Made by a program: the position numbers and the translations under genes. Of a DNA stretch of 20,000 nt, positions 15,774 through 20,000 are shown piece by piece. The notes under the pieces are model-generated. The model made no database searches. It saw only the letters and a list, made by a program, of their open reading frames with translations, and had not been told where the DNA came from. The DNA is from an uncultured virus (IMG/VR IMGVR_UViG_2848843299_000006). Taxonomy: Duplodnaviria > Heunggongvirae > Uroviricota > Caudoviricetes. Each line of letters starts with the position of its first letter. Position 1 is the first letter of the stretch. The stretch is from IMG/VR virus record IMGVR_UViG_2848843299_000006. One strand, written 5' to 3'.

Positions 15774-16163
15774 ATGACAATTAACGTAATTACAGTCAGC
15801 GGCAATCTCGGAAAGGATTGTGAGCAACGATGGACTCCGGCAGGGAAAGCCGTTGCATCGTTCAGTCTGCCGGTTAAACAGGGATATGGCGAGCACGAAA
15901 AGACAACGTGGGTTATCTGCAAAATGTTCGGCGCAAAAGCCGAAAAATTACCGGAACACCTGAAAAAAGGAACGAAGGTGACGGTTACTGGCGAGTTTAT
16001 CATGGAGGAATGGACTGGTCAGGATGGCAATAAACGGTCAGCACCGGTGATTATCGTGAGCCAGTTGGATTTCAGCGGCAATCAGGCAGGAAGCCAGAAG
16101 CCACAGCAACCACCGGTACAGAATGATCCGCCAATGGATTTTGACGACGACATTCCGTTTTAA
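15774..16163 (+). CDS. ssb: Single-stranded DNA-binding protein
   Basis: INVITVSGNLGKD OB fold; acidic C-terminus DFDDDIPF. Confidence 0.93.
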   Translation: MTINVITVSGNLGKDCEQRWTPAGKAVASFSLPVKQGYGEHEKTTWVICKMFGAKAEKLPEHLKKGTKVTVTGEFIMEEWTGQDGNKRSAPVIIVSQLDFSGNQAGSQKPQQPPVQNDPPMDFDDDIPF

Positions 16164-16209
16164 TAACCCCACCGTTTCAGGATGAAGCGTAATGCAAGGA
16201 TGCTGAGGG

Positions 16210-16293
16210 TTATACATTCCATGCGCGTCGGATAATAAACGCTACAGCGACAACAGCAACGACAAACAACAAGCCTTCAATGAAGTAAATCAT
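16210..16293 (-). CDS. 27-aa hydrophobic membrane peptide
   Basis: MIYFIEGLLFVVAVVAVAFIIRRAWNV; GGGGG 4 nt before the ATG; one TM helix followed by RR. Not in the ORF track. Confidence 0.6.
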   Translation of the reverse strand: MIYFIEGLLFVVAVVAVAFIIRRAWNV

Positions 16294-16302
16294 AACGCCC
16301 CC

Positions 16303-16504
16303 GACAAATAAATAAGCCACCAGCGCTTTACGGAACACCGGTGGCTCAGTTGCTGCTTTGTTCGTATGTCATCAGATAGTTAGGTTGAAGTATCATTAAT
16401 ACCAATAACTATTGCACCCACAACAACTCGGAAAGAAAGCCACATCCCGACGAACAGACAACGTTCCGCTGGGACTGTAGCCTCTCGGGCTGCCTCCAGT
16501 CCTT
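16303..16504 (-). ncRNA. ~200-nt structured leader or sRNA
   Basis: TTGAAA-16-TATATT (16511-16538); 5' hairpin GGACTG..AGCC/GGCT..CAGTCC; a second hairpin; 3' terminator-like stem AGCCACCGGTG/CGCTGGTGGCT followed by TATTTATTT. Confidence 0.5.
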
Positions 16505-16664
16505 AACTTAAATATATGGCAGGATTTAACCATTTCAAGTGAATTATAGTGATTAACTTCACAAGTTAGTCAGAAAATAAAATCTCATTCCTGCACCAGC
16601 GTGACTTTCAATCTCGTTTTTACCAGCGAGAGATTCGCGTATGCAAAATTCAGCAAGTATTCAG

Positions 16665-16704
16665 ACAAAAAATTGCCGGTACGTGACATGACAATACCGG
16701 CAAC
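16665..16704 (-). terminator. Intrinsic terminator
   Basis: Stem TTGCCGGTA...TACCGGCAA followed by TTTTTT on the minus strand. Confidence 0.6.
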
Positions 16705-17090
16705 CAAATGATTACATACAGATTTTATACCAACGGCATTACAATAATTGATGATAAATATAGCAATAATGATAATTACATGATAAATAAGGAAATTCCA
16801 ACTAACGCTGTGGCCGAATAATGCTTCCGATGCCAGTAAATGGTGTTACCCACGGTTGAGACCACCGTATACACCACCCAGCCACGATTTAAATATAGTT
16901 ATAATTACTGAAAGTGATAATACCAACATGAAAAAATGTGGAACACATCACAATATGACTAGTTTTCCGCGTAACTGAAAATTCATAAGGGCTTATATGC
17001 TGATAATATAGTTTTATGATACTGAGAGTCAGAATACATTATTTGCACTTACCAATTGATATAATATTCCTGCCTTAATATGGAGGAATT

Positions 17091-17366
17091 ATGATAGTTG
17101 AATATCTTCTTATAAATAAAGATGGCTCATCCGAAGTTTATTATTTAGCTACTTCATTAGTTAAAAAAATCACTCTTACGCGAGGGACATCGTTAACATC
17201 GAGCACCTCACATAATAACGGCGGAATTAAACACAGCAGGAACTTTAATTGCCATATTTCTCGCATACACAACAAATCTAGTGAAATAGACTTTTTTGAT
17301 GAGAACAAAATACATGAGCTAGTCATGGCTCATCAAATCAAGTCAATCCCTAACGAATTACTTTAA
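17091..17366 (+). CDS. 91-aa hypothetical moron protein
   Basis: Extended -10 TGATATAAT (17057-17065), GGAGGA RBS, terminator CCTGC-ACCA-GCAGG-TTTTTTT (~17378-17398). Confidence 0.75.
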   Translation: MIVEYLLINKDGSSEVYYLATSLVKKITLTRGTSLTSSTSHNNGGIKHSRNFNCHISRIHNKSSEIDFFDENKIHELVMAHQIKSIPNELL

Positions 17367-17762
17367 AAATAGCTACCCTGCACCAGCAGGTTTTTTTATA
17401 CCTAAAATTTAGAGCTAACCATGACAATCGGATTTGCATTACTACTGGTAATGCACGGTTCTGCTGTGCCTATAATTCACTTCTGACAATTCAGGAATAA
17501 TCAATATGGTTTTATTTGACAAAAGGCCACCTTTTGAAAAGGCATGGCTCGCTACCTCATTCCGCGTAATTATGGCCGGAATGGGTGATGATACTGTATC
17601 GCGATGGAGAATAATTATATTCGGCACAAACTCAGGCCAGACTCAACAACAAAAGGAATGTGCCGCAGAAAAACAATAAATCAGGAAATATATAAATACG
17701 AGCGTGACCAACTGGATATTGCAGAAGGTCAGTGTCAGATGTGTTTATTTCAGTGAGAAAAA

Positions 17763-18362
17763 ATGAAAAAGTATGACTTAATTCTCGCAGATCCACCATG
17801 GCAATATAACAACAAATCTTCCAACGGCGCAGCAGATAACCACTACAACACCACCGATTTTTATTCCCTCACCCGCTTACCCATCGAAAAAATAGCCTCT
17901 GACAACTCAGTACTATGCATGTGGTACACGGGTAACTTTGTCCGTGAGGCTTACGAACTGGCTGAAGCGTGGGGATTTAAGGTGCGTACCGGCTTCGGGT
18001 TCGTGTGGGTGAAGTTGAACAAAAACGCCGGGGGTCGGATAGATAAGTATCCGCCGGAGGATTTCTTTGATTTCATGGAATTGCTGAACTCTGAGACGCG
18101 CATCAACGGCGGCAACTATACCCGCGCTAATGCTGAGGTATGCCTGATTGCTACCAGGGGGTGTGGACTTGAACGCCAGTCGGCCAGCGTCAGGCAGATA
18201 GTGTATTCATGTCTCGGTGAGCACAGCGAGAAACCGAAGGAAGTACATCACCGGCTGGAAGAGTTATACGGAGATGTCCCGCGCATTGAACTATTTGCCA
18301 GGGAGAAATACGGCGGGTGGGATGTATACGGGGATCAGGTGCCGGGAAGTATTGAGTTATGA
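17763..18362 (+). CDS. MT-A70-family N6-adenine methyltransferase (orphan)
   Basis: YDLILADPPW, L.MW, AWGF, FVWVK, YTRANAEVCLIA, HSEKP, RIELFAR. Confidence 0.92.
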   Translation: MKKYDLILADPPWQYNNKSSNGAADNHYNTTDFYSLTRLPIEKIASDNSVLCMWYTGNFVREAYELAEAWGFKVRTGFGFVWVKLNKNAGGRIDKYPPEDFFDFMELLNSETRINGGNYTRANAEVCLIATRGCGLERQSASVRQIVYSCLGEHSEKPKEVHHRLEELYGDVPRIELFAREKYGGWDVYGDQVPGSIEL

Positions 18363-18589
18363 CACCACAGGAAGCAGAGAACGGACGCAGACGAGTAGCA
18401 AGGGAATGCCTGAAGGAATTAATGCAGTACACATCAGACGAACAACACACCGCAATACTCGACAAATACACACCGAAATTTAAACCACTTAATCACCTGC
18501 GCTTTCCTGAGAAGAAAGAGCCCGGGTATTACGTGCGTACGTTACAGCAGGAGGATGAAGTATGGGGGTTGCAACTAAACCCACTTTAA
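18359..18589 (+). CDS. 76-aa hypothetical phage protein
   Basis: ATGA-coupled to the methyltransferase. Confidence 0.65.
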   Translation: MTPQEAENGRRRVARECLKELMQYTSDEQHTAILDKYTPKFKPLNHLRFPEKKEPGYYVRTLQQEDEVWGLQLNPL

Positions 18590-18990
18590 CCAGAGGCAGA
18601 GCCCTAACTTTATATTGGCCGACCGTAGACGCCTACCCGATGGATAGCCGTGAAGCCTGTGCCTTCATGGGAATATCTTACCCTACCCTGAAAAAATGGA
18701 TTGATTCCGGCAGGCTTTCCGGCTCGAGAAAAGATCCGCTTAAGCCCAAATCGCCGTGGCAGTTTACCCGTGCAAATTGCATTGCAGCCATCAACTACAA
18801 AATGCACAATACGCCGGAAAGCGTGATTAGTGCGGAAGAGGAAAGGATATGTCAATCTTCCGGAGAGGCGAGATATGGTACGCCAGTTACTCGCACAATG
18901 GTAAAAGAATTAAGGAGTCGCTTGGTACAACGGACAAAAAACAAGCGCAGGAGTTGCATGATAAACGAAAGGCCGAGCTGTGGCGCGTAA
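18562..18990 (+). CDS. xis: P22-type excisionase
   Basis: [27 protein letters not shown]...CIAA matches P22 Xis; long overlap with int as in P22. True start uncertain (18562 or 18640). Confidence 0.85.
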   Translation: MGVATKPTLTRGRALTLYWPTVDAYPMDSREACAFMGISYPTLKKWIDSGRLSGSRKDPLKPKSPWQFTRANCIAAINYKMHNTPESVISAEEERICQSSGEARYGTPVTRTMVKELRSRLVQRTKNKRRSCMINERPSCGA

Positions 18991-20000
18991 GCTCACTGGG
19001 TGAAACTCCGAAGGTTACTTTTGAGGTTGCCTGTACGCGGTGGCTCGAGGAAAAATCAGGCAAAAAATCTCTTGATGATGATAAAACCAAAATACTGTTT
19101 TGGCTCGATCACTTTGAAGGGATGCACCTGGCAGATATTGATGAGATTAAAATCTATGATGCTGTCAGTAAGCTGAAAAATCAGAAGCTGAAAGAAAATT
19201 GGGAAAAGCATATTTCCGGCAGGAAGCGGCGCGCAGTCAGTAAAAAATCAGAGCCGGTTTCTGTAGCAACCAAATCTGCTTACCTGGCTTTCATCAAGTC
19301 ACTGCTCCGCGCCGCTGAACGCGACTGGAAGTATCTCGATAAAGCCCCGAATATCCGGGTGCCAAAACCGAAGAATAACCGGGTCCGATGGCTCGAGCCA
19401 CGGGAAGCGAAACGCCTGATCGATGAATGCAGTGAACCTCTTAAATCTGTTGTGACATTTGCTCTGGCTACCGGCCTGCGGCGCTCCAATATTATTAACC
19501 TGGAATGGTCACAAATAGATATGCCGAGAAAAGTAGCGTGGATTCCCCCGGATCAGACCAAATCAGGGAAAGCATTGGGTGTTGCTCTTAACGACACTGC
19601 GTGCCGCGTCCTGCGTGAGCAGATAGGCAATCACACAAAGTATGTTTTTGTGCATACGAAGGCTAAAAACAGATCTGACGGCTCAATGACTCCGGTTGTC
19701 AGAAAAATGCGCGTTGACGGTAATACTGCGTTCAGGACTGCACTTAAACGTGCCGGTATAGAAAACTTCCGTTTTCACGACCTTCGCCACACATGGGCGA
19801 GCTGGTTAATTCAGGCAGGAGTACCGCTGTCCGTATTGCAGGAAATGGGGGGATGGGAATCAATAGAAATGGTACGCCGGTATGCTCACCTGGCACCGGG
19901 TCATCTGAGCCAGCATGCGCAGCAAATCGATGCTGTTTTTGGTGAGGATGTCCCAAATATGTCCCACCCGACCCTGAGTGTGGTTGGTGAGCACAAATGA
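18849..20000 (+). CDS. int: P22-type tyrosine integrase
   Basis: [35 protein letters not shown]...MVRRYAHL; stop codon at the window end. Confidence 0.96.
   Translation: MSIFRRGEIWYASYSHNGKRIKESLGTTDKKQAQELHDKRKAELWRVSSLGETPKVTFEVACTRWLEEKSGKKSLDDDKTKILFWLDHFEGMHLADIDEIKIYDAVSKLKNQKLKENWEKHISGRKRRAVSKKSEPVSVATKSAYLAFIKSLLRAAERDWKYLDKAPNIRVPKPKNNRVRWLEPREAKRLIDECSEPLKSVVTFALATGLRRSNIINLEWSQIDMPRKVAWIPPDQTKSGKALGVALNDTACRVLREQIGNHTKYVFVHTKAKNRSDGSMTPVVRKMRVDGNTAFRTALKRAGIENFRFHDLRHTWASWLIQAGVPLSVLQEMGGWESIEMVRRYAHLAPGHLSQHAQQIDAVFGEDVPNMSHPTLSVVGEHK

Overview
The window is the early region of a lambdoid (P22/lambda-like) prophage from an enterobacterium. Morganellaceae is a guess from gene style and is not verified. 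From the right end, the + strand carries a P22-type integrase and excisionase, an MT-A70 adenine methyltransferase, ssb, erf, small pL-operon genes and an N antiterminator with nutL. The centre is an intact immunity switch (cI/cro/cII, 15-bp operators, pL/pR, nutR) with two accessory genes at the rexAB position. On the - strand follow O with iterons, a DnaC-type loader, the nin region and Q. Cargo includes a tRNA-Lys(CUU)/tRNA-Gly(UCC) pair and uspF, both inserted against the phage transcript. Downstream of Q, where lysis genes would be expected, lies a stress/envelope cassette: csp - ymcF-like - lpxP - psiE - a 35-aa mini-PsiE peptide - a candidate sRNA - an RHH gene. Several short genes and structured RNAs are missing from the ORF track. 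ninG, ninH and other phage genes are decayed while the cargo looks intact, suggesting a domesticated prophage.
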